A DNA stretch of 54,817 nucleotides from a virus (lineage: Duplodnaviria > Caudoviricetes), in IMG/VR virus record IMGVR_UViG_3300005403_000166, positions 1-54,817 of that record. The stretch is one strand, 5' to 3'. The notes below the pieces were generated by a model. The model worked only from the letters and a program-made list of their open reading frames with translations, was not told the DNA's origin and searched no databases. How positions within the stretch are numbered: the first letter of the stretch is position 1; each line of letters opens with the position of its first letter. The translations under genes were made by a program, and so were the position numbers. This document shows, one piece after another, positions 10,203 to 20,019 of the stretch.

Positions 10203-11174
10203 TCAGGCACCTCCGGCTGCAGCAGCCAATTGTTGTTGACCGGAATCAAGACCATACAGCCGAGACCGAATGATGGGTAATACAGATTCTCTCCAGTACC
10301 ATCGGTATTCAGCATGGATACTGCCGTTCTTATGACCCTTGGTTATCGGTTTCCATTCTCCGTATAACTCTCCTTCCGGAGTAGGAGACCATACAATGTG
10401 CTTCCCACTTGACCCTTCATTATATCCTTTTGTCTGCAAACCCATCTTTTCCAGGATAGGGTTCACTAGTCTCTTTGATATGGAGAAATGAAGGCCAATT
10501 GCAGTGGCGTTCAGGGTGGCCGGGTCCTCAGTCAATCCTCTCGGAATCATCCCTTTAAGGTATGATAGGTCCACTTCACCCCCGAGTTTCTGGATCTTCT
10601 GTTCAGCCTGGCTCAGTGATACTGAGATCACCATTCCGGGATCGACTTGTTTCAGGTGCGGGGTGGCATATTTGTTGAAGGAATCAGCGATAGACATGTA
10701 TTCACTGACAATCTCTGCAGCTTTGACTTCTTTTGGAAGTTCGGCCTTTGCTTCATCTGATGCAATAGACAAGACCTCACCCTTCTGGTATCGGGTGAAG
10801 ATATTAGCCATCTGGTCCCTTTTCTTCTCAATGGCTTCAGCAATGGCTTTGTTATCCATCTCCCCCGTTCTGATTTCTAACAAGGCTCGGTTATATCCCT
10901 CAGCAGTCAGGAAAATAACCCTCGATGCACGGTAATCAATAACAGTGTATGCCGTGTACACAGTCGGGTACTTCTCCCTAAACTCTTCCCTGGAGAACGA
11001 GATGAAGTGAGTTGCTTCTTCCAACCTCTCGATAATTCTCCGGGCATGGTTGGCGGTTAATCCAAATGCCTGATAGACTCGGAGCCAATAGAGATACGGG
11101 ACCCCATCGATGATGATTCCGGTGAGATTATCTTCAGTCTGTGCGTTAATTACTTCAATTTGGGCGTCTGACAT
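10203..11174 (-). CDS. Phage antirepressor-like protein (C-terminal ANT/KilA-C-like domain)
   Basis: LNATAIG...ISKRLVNPILEKMG...WSPTPEG; AAGGAG RBS. Confidence 0.65.
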   Translation of the reverse strand: MSDAQIEVINAQTEDNLTGIIIDGVPYLYWLRVYQAFGLTANHARRIIERLEEATHFISFSREEFREKYPTVYTAYTVIDYRASRVIFLTAEGYNRALLEIRTGEMDNKAIAEAIEKKRDQMANIFTRYQKGEVLSIASDEAKAELPKEVKAAEIVSEYMSIADSFNKYATPHLKQVDPGMVISVSLSQAEQKIQKLGGEVDLSYLKGMIPRGLTEDPATLNATAIGLHFSISKRLVNPILEKMGLQTKGYNEGSSGKHIVWSPTPEGELYGEWKPITKGHKNGSIHAEYRWYWRESVLPIIRSRLYGLDSGQQQLAAAAGGA

Positions 11175-11275
11175 TTACATGCTCCTTGATTGAGCGTTAC
11201 CGGTTCTTGAGGTCTTGGCAGACGAGGACCGGTGTTCGTTTTTCGATACGATAGAATCAGAGGAAATTTTATCGA

Positions 11276-11458
11276 TCATTCCTCATCACCGCTATTGATA
11301 ATATCAGAATCAAACCGCCTTGGGTTTGATAAAAAAAGTTTGACGATGCGTTCAAGAGTTCTATTCAGTTTAAGGCCGTGAGAATCACAATATGCCTTAA
11401 AATCTTCTTTTACTCCTTCCGGAAGGGAAGTTGTTAAGTTGACCCTATTCGCAGCCAT
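11276..11458 (-). CDS. RHH regulator, first gene of the leftward early operon
   Basis: VNLTTSLPEGVKEDFKAYCDSHGLKLNRTLERIV. Confidence 0.7.
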   Translation of the reverse strand: MAANRVNLTTSLPEGVKEDFKAYCDSHGLKLNRTLERIVKLFLSNPRRFDSDIINSGDEE

Positions 11459-11461
11459 CTA

Positions 11462-11509
11462 CTTACATTGTATGACGTTAAGACATATAAAACTTGTATA
11501 CAATGTAAG
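11462..11509. promoter_or_regulatory. Leftward promoter flanked by an inverted pair of operators
   Basis: CTTACATTGTAT (11462-11473) and its exact reverse complement ATACAATGTAAG (11498-11509) bracket a minus-strand TTTTATAT box. Confidence 0.7.
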
Positions 11510-11520
11510 ATAAAATAAAA

Positions 11521-11859
11521 TTATTTTTTCTCTATCTCTTGCGCGAGTTGATATAATAATGCTGGATTTCGTCTTACGAGGTTTTTAGCATCTTCAAATT
11601 CCTTCAATCCTTCAGGATTTAAAGGCAATCCACAGTTTTTACAATATTTAGCGTCTGGTTGATTATATGTTTTACAGGATGAACAAAGCTGTGCATTTTT
11701 CCGTTCTATATATTCGTCAATTGCTTCAGTGATTATATCGGTTACAGTCAGTTTTCTTTCCGAGGCTATTGATTCTATTTTTTCGACTTGTTCAAGATTT
11801 AACCGGGTGGTCACCATCTTTTTGTATATTTTTTTTCCCTCTATTGTATTGGGGTCCAT
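11521..11859 (-). CDS. Probable prophage repressor: RHH plus zinc ribbon
   Basis: MVTTRLNLEQVEKIESIASERKLTVTDIITEAI; CSSC...CKNC; sits between two operator clusters. Confidence 0.7.
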   Translation of the reverse strand: MDPNTIEGKKIYKKMVTTRLNLEQVEKIESIASERKLTVTDIITEAIDEYIERKNAQLCSSCKTYNQPDAKYCKNCGLPLNPEGLKEFEDAKNLVRRNPALLYQLAQEIEKK

Positions 11860-11915
11860 GCATACTCATTGGATTTATAGCATAAATCTTTTTTTTCAAA
11901 GTATACTCAGAAATA

Positions 11916-11960
11916 ATACAGTGTAAAACAATTTATATACATGTAAATCATACATTGTAA
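11916..11960 (+). promoter_or_regulatory. Rightward promoter with ATACANTGTAA operators
   Basis: ATACAGTGTAA 11916-11926, TTTATATA 11932-11939, ATACATGTAA 11937-11946, ATACATTGTAA 11950-11960. Confidence 0.7.
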
Positions 11961-11981
11961 TACACGAGGTGAAAACCCTGA

Positions 11982-12143
11982 ATGGTAACACTGAATGCAA
12001 GAATCACAAACCCGGAACTACAAGCACAGGTTGCAGAACTGGAGACAAAGGGCTTTACGAAGACCGAGATTGTCAGACTTGGTGTAATGAGGCTCTACGA
12101 ATCGGAGAAGAACAAAACCTTCCAATCACCCGCGACGGCCTAA
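11982..12143 (+). CDS. Cro-analogue RHH protein, 53 aa (absent from the ORF track)
   Basis: GAGGTGA RBS at 11966; MVTLNARITNPELQAQVAELETKGFTKTEIVRLGVMRLYE. Confidence 0.7.
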   Translation: MVTLNARITNPELQAQVAELETKGFTKTEIVRLGVMRLYESEKNKTFQSPATA

Positions 12144-12174
12144 TCTGCTTTAGAAAACTTATTGGAGTTGACTG

Positions 12175-12519
12175 ATGTCAAAAGAGTATAATCCCCGGCA
12201 TATTACAGGCGCCAACCACGTAAACGACCGGGTTAACAAGATAGTTTCGACCTCTGACTGCATAACCCTTCCGCCCCGGGTGGCGACAATGAGCCGGGGG
12301 AATCAGAACGGAACCTACGGTACCTCAGCATTTATGCAGAGAGTCCAGGTAGACACCCCGGAGAACGAGGCAAACATCAGGGGAACTCGGGACCTTGAGG
12401 GAGTCGAAGTTTCCGTTGAAGCCAGCCTTGCCTATTTTGCCGACCTCGGGCTGAAAATCATCACCGAAGATCAGGTACGGCGACACCTGGAATCCCGTGG
12501 TGCCACGGTGGTGGACTGA
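12175..12519 (+). CDS. Hypothetical protein
   Basis: GGAG RBS, early rightward operon. Confidence 0.55.
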   Translation: MSKEYNPRHITGANHVNDRVNKIVSTSDCITLPPRVATMSRGNQNGTYGTSAFMQRVQVDTPENEANIRGTRDLEGVEVSVEASLAYFADLGLKIITEDQVRRHLESRGATVVD

Positions 12520-12677
12520 ATGAAGCGCCTCGGACCCTACTTAAACGAGAGAGAAACCGAGAGCGTTGCTAAGGTCTTCCAGGACCTCGGAGAATTGGTT
12601 CAGATCGAGCACACATACAACAGACCAAAACCAGGACGCGAGAAATACGAGGGATTTGTAATCCGGGGTGCATCAGC

Positions 12678-12977
12678 ATGACCGACGTTATGGTTTCAAC
12701 GGAACTATTCCCGATTCCTGAAATTTTCCTGGAGCGGAGATTGAAGGACTATTTTAAGGCACAATCAGAAAAGGCAGCCATCCGGGGGAAGATCTCAAGT
12801 CTCATATCATCCCTGCAACAGCCCCTTGAAACGTATGAGGGGGTTGTAGAACTTGAGGAAAAACTGCTGGAAATGACCCTGCAGATCACTGAACTCCGAG
12901 CCCGGTATGATATCCTTGAGGACGATTTCCCAACTCCGGGCGGAGAAGCCCCGTATCACGATGGGGTGGCAATATGA
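12678..12977 (+). CDS. Coiled-coil hypothetical protein
   Basis: ATGA-coupled ORF. Confidence 0.55.
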   Translation: MTDVMVSTELFPIPEIFLERRLKDYFKAQSEKAAIRGKISSLISSLQQPLETYEGVVELEEKLLEMTLQITELRARYDILEDDFPTPGGEAPYHDGVAI

Positions 12978-13195
12978 GATCTCCTGAATCACTCCTGACG
13001 GAGATCAAAGCAGAGATTGCAGCCTGCACTCTGGATGATTCTGACGAACAGAAGGAGATGGTGAACCTCCTGAACCGGTATGCATCCGAGGTTGGTGCCC
13101 TGGACCTGCCGAAACCCAGAGAGAGAATTACCCGGGATGTTGCACAGGCTCGGGCGGAATACAATGCCTGCCGGGCTCTTGCGGGGGCGGTCTGA
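12974..13195 (+). CDS. Hypothetical protein
   Basis: ATGA-coupled ORF. Confidence 0.5.
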   Translation: MRSPESLLTEIKAEIAACTLDDSDEQKEMVNLLNRYASEVGALDLPKPRERITRDVAQARAEYNACRALAGAV

Positions 13196-13798
13196 ATGAT
13201 GCAGGCATCCATTCTTTCAGAGTTCCGATCTGCATACGAGATTGGGAAGTCAAAGAATGCCGAACTCTTCAAAGGAAACCCTCTTGTTGAAGTAGTTGAG
13301 GCTTTTGAGACCGACAAAAGGGTCCTCGCATTGGATGAAGATATCCCTATTGCTATCTCCGGGATGTTGAAAGGGACTCTCATAGATTATCAGAAACTCA
13401 ACGAAGGTGCTGATAAATTAGAGGAACTGGCTTCACATATCCTTAATCATGCCAAGAAATGCAGAGAGAAAGCTACCAAGTGCTTAGAAGAGCGACAGGC
13501 TGCTGGAGTAACTGAAGAAGATTTTCTTAAGATTGTCCCGATTGAGAAGAAGAGCAATCGCAAGGCAAATCTTGAGCTCCTGAAGTCAGATGCATACAAA
13601 AAGAAGTACGATCTTCTTCTCGAAAACGCAAAAGACGAGTTAGAGGAGTCATTCACACCAACAATCAAGGCAATTGAGGTTATGTTCGGGAAGAAGGCTG
13701 ATGAGGTTCTTATTCCTGGATCAGTCCAGATTGTAGGATACAAAGTTGAGCCCATCTCTCCGATGCCGGAAAAGGCCTCTGTAGGAGTTGAACCATGA
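13196..13798 (+). CDS. Helical hypothetical protein
   Basis: 200-aa ORF, coupled. Confidence 0.6.
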   Translation: MMQASILSEFRSAYEIGKSKNAELFKGNPLVEVVEAFETDKRVLALDEDIPIAISGMLKGTLIDYQKLNEGADKLEELASHILNHAKKCREKATKCLEERQAAGVTEEDFLKIVPIEKKSNRKANLELLKSDAYKKKYDLLLENAKDELEESFTPTIKAIEVMFGKKADEVLIPGSVQIVGYKVEPISPMPEKASVGVEP

Positions 13799-14055
13799 TC
13801 ACCGCCCACCTTTCCGGGGAATCGCTGGTTATTGATGATCTCCGGGTTACAGGACCGGGACTCATCGACATGGTACTCCTCGGGCGAAAGGTCCCGGTTC
13901 TCTCATCCGGTCAGGACGTAGGGACTGCCTGGATCTCTGACAAGCTCTTACATGTCCGGTCTGTTTCTCAGCATCTCATCATGCCCCGGAAATATCTCAT
14001 GGGCATACTTGACGGGGGTATCATTTCCGCCCGGGTCCAGGAGGTGCCGGTATGA
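13795..14055 (+). CDS. Hypothetical protein
   Basis: ATGA-coupled with RBS. Confidence 0.55.
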   Translation: MITAHLSGESLVIDDLRVTGPGLIDMVLLGRKVPVLSSGQDVGTAWISDKLLHVRSVSQHLIMPRKYLMGILDGGIISARVQEVPV

Positions 14056-14246
14056 GTCCATCTCACATAGGCCGGATGGAGAAAGGGGACATTACCTCTC
14101 TCATAATCACCCTTGATGATGGCCGTTTGTTAAGGCTCCGGAGAGAAGATGTCAAGAACATCTTATTCGGTAATCAGAAGGCCGCACAAGTTTGGGAGAT
14201 ACCACAAACTGCCAAGGATCAGGCTAGGTTGGCGGTGTCAGTATGA
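14052..14246 (+). CDS. Hypothetical protein
   Basis: GGAGGTG RBS, ATGA-coupled. Confidence 0.55.
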   Translation: MSPSHIGRMEKGDITSLIITLDDGRLLRLRREDVKNILFGNQKAAQVWEIPQTAKDQARLAVSV

Positions 14247-14491
14247 CAAAGCATGACTTAAGCTCTGGTATCCTTCAAGTAGATCTACATGTGTTTCAAG
14301 AGACTGTATCTTTAGAGTTCTTTGATACAAGCAATGGAATTGTTTCAGAAGGCGGGATCACAATGTTCTTTGATGAACTTGAATCCTTGAGGGACCTTCT
14401 CACTTCCACTCTCGACTCCTTGAAAAAGCCCGAACCTCAGCGGATCATATCTAAAGATCAACAGATCCTTTCTGTTGAAGGTGCAGCATGA
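14243..14491 (+). CDS. Hypothetical protein
   Basis: ATGA-coupled. Confidence 0.5.
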   Translation: MTKHDLSSGILQVDLHVFQETVSLEFFDTSNGIVSEGGITMFFDELESLRDLLTSTLDSLKKPEPQRIISKDQQILSVEGAA

Positions 14492-15489
14492 TCGAGGCAG
14501 TCCAGGCCCCGGCCACTGCACCGGCTCCGGTATGGGTCCGTTATCGGATCGGCTCTATCCGGGCAACCAAAGAATGTAAGTTCATCAGGTTGATCAACGA
14601 CCTTGAAAAGACAAACGAAGAGTACAAGGACACTGAAGTTGATATCTCCGAGTTTCAGACCGGTGATATTATTGAGTGTTGGATCCATGGGGGACGCTTA
14701 AAAGGAGCCCGGTTCCCTGACGGAATGGAACCGATCAAAGAAGTTACGAAGCACACCGGGAAACCTGCAGCACATTCAACCCCTACGAAACTATCAGAAC
14801 AATCACAACCTTCATCCCCTCAAACACCAGTGGCACAACCCGCGAAAGCTGATGAGTTTCAGGAGATCACCGGGGATGTCTCGATGCTCACTGAAAAGGG
14901 CATCAAGATCGGTTCTCATGAGATGGTGTTCATCAATGGTATCTCTCTTGGAGATATCAAGGAGGGTACTTCGGTCAAAGCCAAAATCTCCGGGAATAAA
15001 CTCATCGAGATTGAGAAATATACTGCACCAACAACGGCCCCTGCTATACAGGGCTTGAAAGAAGATCAAACCGCCCTGAAGTGTATCCTCCTGGATGAAA
15101 CTCAACCTCATGTGATTCTGGTAAACCTGAAAGGTGAATTCAGGAAGACAGTGGAGAAAGAAGCATTCGATCAGGTCCGGGAAGTTCAGCCAGGCAAACT
15201 GATCCGGTATTCAACTGATAAAACCAAAGCCGGGAACCCTATCAAATCATTCTGGGAGGTTGATGAGACCGGGAAATCCATCAAGCCAAGAGGAGGGGGT
15301 AAAGGAGGAAGACCCTACGACCCGGTTGCTGACGCAAAGAGACAACGGCTGATTGTCCGACAGTCCTCCCTAGAAAGGTCTATTCAGGTGTGGGTGAATG
15401 GGAACCCAGGAAAGGAGCCCACCCCTGAAGATGATGATAGGATCCTCTCAAGAATGGAGAAGTATGCAGAGAGAGTGATGAAGGAATGA
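14488..15489 (+). CDS. Multi-domain beta-barrel (OB-fold-like) protein, possible ssDNA-binding/recombination role
   Basis: Three short beta-rich units joined by P/A/T linkers; replication-module context (inference). Confidence 0.5.
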   Translation: MIEAVQAPATAPAPVWVRYRIGSIRATKECKFIRLINDLEKTNEEYKDTEVDISEFQTGDIIECWIHGGRLKGARFPDGMEPIKEVTKHTGKPAAHSTPTKLSEQSQPSSPQTPVAQPAKADEFQEITGDVSMLTEKGIKIGSHEMVFINGISLGDIKEGTSVKAKISGNKLIEIEKYTAPTTAPAIQGLKEDQTALKCILLDETQPHVILVNLKGEFRKTVEKEAFDQVREVQPGKLIRYSTDKTKAGNPIKSFWEVDETGKSIKPRGGGKGGRPYDPVADAKRQRLIVRQSSLERSIQVWVNGNPGKEPTPEDDDRILSRMEKYAERVMKE

Positions 15490-16190
15490 TCCAATCTACC
15501 CCTCATAATTACTGCAAAAATTATGGAATTCAGTACCTTGATATATTTATCAAGGCTGTTATCAACAAACCAGAGTATTCCGCAAAAGATATTGAGGTAC
15601 TTGATACTGCATATTTGAGCAATAATCCAATTTTCATCAACTGTTCTGGATACATATACAGGCAATTCAATGAAATTGGGGAGAAAATATATCGCCATAT
15701 CATAAGAGAGAATCCTGAAGATACTTGGTTCTGTTTTCACCTTTATGAAAAACACATCCAACAATGCCTATTTGGCATTGATTCAATTGTTCAATCAGAT
15801 TTTAATTTATACGGACTGGTTTCTAAATTAACTTCCGTAGAACATCAAATTCTTGACCGGTTTGCAGTAAACTATGTCCGGACAAGGGGATTACTTCGAA
15901 GAACTGATTTTTCAAACATCCGAATCACACCCCCATATTATGCCTGGATGCAACAGGTTAAAATTAGAGACGGGGAACGCTGTGTTCGATGTGGATCTTC
16001 AAAGAATCTTGTGGCACACCACATCACACCTGTATCTGTATCTCCAGAGATTGCCACGGATGTAAACAATGGGATAACATTCTGTGAGAAATGTCATAAT
16101 GACTATCATTCATATTACAGAATCAGTCAATGCCATCATAAAACACTCCATTCGTTTATTTCTGGATATAAAGGAGGAGCGAGATTATGA
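15486..16190 (+). CDS. HNH endonuclease
   Basis: RDGERCVRCG...AHHI...NGITFCEKCHNDYH. Confidence 0.85.
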   Translation: MIQSTPHNYCKNYGIQYLDIFIKAVINKPEYSAKDIEVLDTAYLSNNPIFINCSGYIYRQFNEIGEKIYRHIIRENPEDTWFCFHLYEKHIQQCLFGIDSIVQSDFNLYGLVSKLTSVEHQILDRFAVNYVRTRGLLRRTDFSNIRITPPYYAWMQQVKIRDGERCVRCGSSKNLVAHHITPVSVSPEIATDVNNGITFCEKCHNDYHSYYRISQCHHKTLHSFISGYKGGARL

Positions 16191-16226
16191 TCTTCTCATC
16201 TTCTTTCTTCTTAGTTCTAAGATCTA

Positions 16227-16277
16227 AGTACAATACAGTACAGTACAGTACTCTTTACACAACACAACACAACACAA
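16227..16277 (+). repeat. Pentamer tandem repeats (AGTAC-type x5, AACAC x3-4) upstream of the replication genes
   Basis: agtac aatac agtac agtac agtac tcttt acac aacac aacac aacac aa. Confidence 0.8.
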
Positions 16278-16305
16278 AGGATCTGATTCGGGAGAGTGGC
16301 ATCTG

Positions 16306-16764
16306 ATGGCTCGGGATGTCACATCAGTAACAGGTGTTGAAGAATTAGTTCTCCTGGCTAAAGTAAAATTCGGTAAGGATTTCAAACTCTCCAAATTCGT
16401 TAGAGATTGTCTAGAATCAGTTCTTTTTGAAGGAGAGGAGATCACTGACCCTAGACTTGAAGCAGCAAAGAGAGCTGCAAATACTGTTATCCGGGAACGT
16501 CTGGCTCAAAAGAAACTCGTTGAAGATACGAGATCATATGAAACCATAGCAAAAGAGATGATGAAGAGAGACGATGAAAAGTTTCTCTCGTTTATCAAAT
16601 TAGTATTCAAAGATGATTTATCGGTTTATTTCAAAGAACTTCCGGAATGTAAACAAACCGACAATCATCTGTTCTGGGATTCAAAGGCTAACGCCCTAAC
16701 TGAACTCTGCTGTTTCAATGTATCTCCTGAAAAGGTGCAGCAATACATCCGGGAGAATGCATGA
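16306..16764 (+). CDS. Hypothetical protein coupled to MCM (possible initiator/loader)
   Basis: ATGA overlap with MCM; N-terminus RHH-like (FKLSKFVRDCLE). Confidence 0.6.
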   Translation: MARDVTSVTGVEELVLLAKVKFGKDFKLSKFVRDCLESVLFEGEEITDPRLEAAKRAANTVIRERLAQKKLVEDTRSYETIAKEMMKRDDEKFLSFIKLVFKDDLSVYFKELPECKQTDNHLFWDSKANALTELCCFNVSPEKVQQYIRENA

Positions 16765-18833
16765 TGGAAGCCGTCGATTGTTATCCATCAGCATCTGTAC
16801 CCGTCACGATCATGGATGCAGATGGATTCTGGAAGGATTTCATCGAAGTTGTATTGACAAAGAAGGTCCGGGAGATCGTCAGGAAATGGCCTCATGTCAA
16901 ATCTCTTGAGATTGAATACTCCGATATCATTTCCTTCGGTGTAAACGGGCTCTACTATGCCGAACAACTCGTTCAAAACCCAGATAAAGTCCTCGAAGAT
17001 ATCAAGGATTCAATCAATGGGCACAAACTGATCCAGAAGAAAGGCGAAGTCCTCCCTGTATCAATCCAGATCACCAAACTCGAAAAGAAAACAATCGTCC
17101 GGGATCTCCGAGGATCAGATCATGTGGGTTCTCTGGTATCAGTTGAAGGGTTGGTAAGAAAGATTGCATCCCGGAAGGAACGCCTGGCAGTTGGTGTATT
17201 CAGATGCCCGGCAGGACACCGGACGGTAAAACCTCAACCGTATGCAATGAAGGAAACCCCTTCATACTGTTCTACTGAAGGTTGCAGACTTCGGCATTTT
17301 GATCTGATAGACAAATTCTCAACCTTCAAAGATTCACAGAAGGCTCTTCTCCAGGAACAAATTGAGCAGATCAATCCAGGAGAACAACCTGAAACAATTG
17401 AACTGGAACTATCAGAAGACCTCATCAACAGTGTCCCTGCCGGAAGCCGAGTTATCATCAATGGAATCCTCAGGCGGTATCAGACCTCATCGTCCCGGAC
17501 ATCCACAACGTACAAGAATTACATAGAGGTAATTTCCCGGGAAGTCACCGAAACCGAGTATTCAGAGATTAAAATCACTGAAGAGGATGAGAAAAAGATC
17601 CTGGAACTTGCAGCAGATCCGCTGATTTATGACAGGCTCACAAGTTCAATGGTTCCCACGGTTTACGGATGGGAAAACGTAAAAAGAGCGTTTGTGTATG
17701 CCTTCTTTGGTGGTTCAGCAGTTGAATCCTCAAATGGCGTACTAACCCGAGGAAACATCAACATCCTCCTGATCGGTGAACCGGGTATTGCCAAAACCGA
17801 TATGCTCCGTAAGTTGGTGAAATACTCACCCCGAGGAGTATACACATCAGGGAAAGGATCTTCCGGGGTCGGGCTGGTTGCTGCAGTCATCAAGGATGAT
17901 TTCGGGGATGGATCCTACTCCTGCGAAGTAGGGGCAATGGGTCAGGCTGATGGGGGTGTATGTGTTTTTGATGAGTTCGGCCAACTCGATGAAACCACGC
18001 TCTCGATGCTGTATGAAGGCATCGAATCTCAACAGGTGACAATCCACAAGGCCAATATTCACACGACGATACCGACCCGCTGCAGTGTAATAGCAGCAGC
18101 CAACCCCAAAGCTGGATGGATTGACAATTACATTCCTCTGAAGGATCAGATCAACATCCCGGGCCCTCTGATTCAGCGGTTTGATCTGGTGTTCATTCTC
18201 CGAGATCTCATTGACCTAGTAAAGGATGAGATGGTTATCAGAAGGATAATCGAGGTTCGGTCCGGGGGATCATCATCTGAAAAGTTGACCCCAGATATAG
18301 ATCAGGACTTTTTGAGAAAATACATTGCATTTGCAAAAAGGCAGGGCGTCTTGAGATGGACGAAAGCCGCTGAAAATGCAGTAGTCAAATATTACCTCAA
18401 CATCAGAGGGACAAGGAAGAACACCGAAAAGGCAGTTCCGATCACCCCGAGACAGGGGAACTCTCTTGCACGTCTGGCAGAGGCATCAGCCCGTATCAGA
18501 CTCTCCCAAAAAGTCGAACCTGATGATGTAGAGCGGGCGTTAGTAATCCTGGATGAATGTCTCCGTGAGGTGGCATACGATCCGAATACTCAGTCCTTTG
18601 ATGCCGGGAACTTAGCGACCGGTCAGACTAAAATTCAGATGGATTTGAGCAAGGCTATCATCGCAGCAATAAGGGAGTTTTCGGATGATAACGGGAGAGC
18701 AAAGAGTGATTCCGTTATCCTGAAATTGGCACCAGATTATGGCGGTGTTGAGGCTGTAGAAAAGGGAATTGAGACCCTTTACAAGAAGGAAGAGATCCGC
18801 AAACCGAATAATTACACTCTGAAGGTGAACTAA
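16761..18833 (+). CDS. mcm: MCM replicative helicase
   Basis: Zn finger, Walker A GEPGIAKT, GKGSSGVGL, Walker B FDEF, IAAANP, QRFD arginine finger, ITPRQ. Confidence 0.95.
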   Translation: MMEAVDCYPSASVPVTIMDADGFWKDFIEVVLTKKVREIVRKWPHVKSLEIEYSDIISFGVNGLYYAEQLVQNPDKVLEDIKDSINGHKLIQKKGEVLPVSIQITKLEKKTIVRDLRGSDHVGSLVSVEGLVRKIASRKERLAVGVFRCPAGHRTVKPQPYAMKETPSYCSTEGCRLRHFDLIDKFSTFKDSQKALLQEQIEQINPGEQPETIELELSEDLINSVPAGSRVIINGILRRYQTSSSRTSTTYKNYIEVISREVTETEYSEIKITEEDEKKILELAADPLIYDRLTSSMVPTVYGWENVKRAFVYAFFGGSAVESSNGVLTRGNINILLIGEPGIAKTDMLRKLVKYSPRGVYTSGKGSSGVGLVAAVIKDDFGDGSYSCEVGAMGQADGGVCVFDEFGQLDETTLSMLYEGIESQQVTIHKANIHTTIPTRCSVIAAANPKAGWIDNYIPLKDQINIPGPLIQRFDLVFILRDLIDLVKDEMVIRRIIEVRSGGSSSEKLTPDIDQDFLRKYIAFAKRQGVLRWTKAAENAVVKYYLNIRGTRKNTEKAVPITPRQGNSLARLAEASARIRLSQKVEPDDVERALVILDECLREVAYDPNTQSFDAGNLATGQTKIQMDLSKAIIAAIREFSDDNGRAKSDSVILKLAPDYGGVEAVEKGIETLYKKEEIRKPNNYTLKVN

Positions 18834-19169
18834 ATGTCATCCCTTTTCACCCCGACCGGAATGGCCCGGCAGATACCATCTGCAGAAGCCATTATCATCA
18901 ACCTCGAAAACATCCCCTTCGTCACAACCCTGGATGATGCCGAGCTCGTAGCATCCGGGGATGGTGCATACCTCTGGACCAAGTATCAGGGCAAGATGGT
19001 TGCATGTGGCCGGATCTTCATGGGCAGAACCGGGAAGACGGTATACACCTCTATCCAGGGCAGACGTTACAGGCTGGCATCCTGGCAATTCAGGAAGGTC
19101 ATCAAGTACCCCGGATTCCTTGCACCTGCTCTTTACTGTCCCCCGACGTTTCCAGGGAGGAGAGCATGA
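18834..19169 (+). CDS. Hypothetical protein
   Basis: Starts immediately after the MCM stop. Confidence 0.55.
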   Translation: MSSLFTPTGMARQIPSAEAIIINLENIPFVTTLDDAELVASGDGAYLWTKYQGKMVACGRIFMGRTGKTVYTSIQGRRYRLASWQFRKVIKYPGFLAPALYCPPTFPGRRA

Positions 19170-19420
19170 GCCCGGCAGTCGTGATCCCGACACAGATCCG
19201 GGAAGAAGCAGGGGAATTACTCTCCTCCGTTCCTTCGGACATCATCTCCCATGATCGCATCATCGAAACAATTGCCACAAATTCCAGGATCATGCAGTTC
19301 GTCAACCACTACCCAAAAATCCGGAACGGAGTCCTGACTACCCTGATTAAGAAAACCGAGGTATTTCAGCCCTATTCTATCACCCGACAGGGAAGGGTAA
19401 GCACTTGGAGGAGAGCATGA
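19166..19420 (+). CDS. Hypothetical (winged-helix-like) protein; start revised to ATG 19166
   Basis: GGAGGAG RBS and ATGA overlap. Confidence 0.55.
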   Translation: MSPAVVIPTQIREEAGELLSSVPSDIISHDRIIETIATNSRIMQFVNHYPKIRNGVLTTLIKKTEVFQPYSITRQGRVSTWRRA

Positions 19421-20019
19421 GAACTCCGGCCCGCAGACAGTTACCATATCATTACCGGGAGATGCTGGCTGTAATCTGGAAGAAGTGCGGAGATGCAGAG
19501 TTTATCTACAACTATATCTCCAAGGATTTCCCCGGAGGCCCTGGAAACATCACCAGGATGAGCAACCAAGGATACATCCTGGATTGTGGCAGGGTGATGA
19601 AGACCGGTTCAACATCAACCAAGAAATGGAAACTCGCGGCAGATATCGCATTTATCTGTAAACGAGATTTAGGGCCATGCCCGAAAACAGCAGCAACGGA
19701 ATCAGCCCAGGCAATCCGGGATTATGAGGCTCATATCCTAGACATCACAATCTATAGCCGACGTGTTCCTGAAACCATCCAGCATATGAATGACCGGTTG
19801 GCTATCGCCCGAATAGCATCAGTTTTTGGTACAAGGCCTTGGATCACTCATGAAATAAAAGAGGCATTGTCGATCAAAATTTACTACAACCGGGTCAAGG
19901 GATGGCAAGATGCGGGGTATATCATTCACAGAGGTGTCGTAAAAAGTGGAGATCACCACAATGCTAACCTCTGGTCGATATCCCCGGCTTACCTCACTCA
20001 ACTGGAGGCTACTGCATGA
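19417..20019 (+). CDS. Tandem winged-helix-like protein
   Basis: Two similar units (..GYI...G......W); GGAGGAG RBS. Confidence 0.55.
   Translation: MRTPARRQLPYHYREMLAVIWKKCGDAEFIYNYISKDFPGGPGNITRMSNQGYILDCGRVMKTGSTSTKKWKLAADIAFICKRDLGPCPKTAATESAQAIRDYEAHILDITIYSRRVPETIQHMNDRLAIARIASVFGTRPWITHEIKEALSIKIYYNRVKGWQDAGYIIHRGVVKSGDHHNANLWSISPAYLTQLEATA

Noticed and set aside
11969-12175. 68-aa ORF from the track
   Set aside because: Its GTG is part of the GAGGTGA RBS of the better RHH-like ORF at 11982-12143 in another frame.
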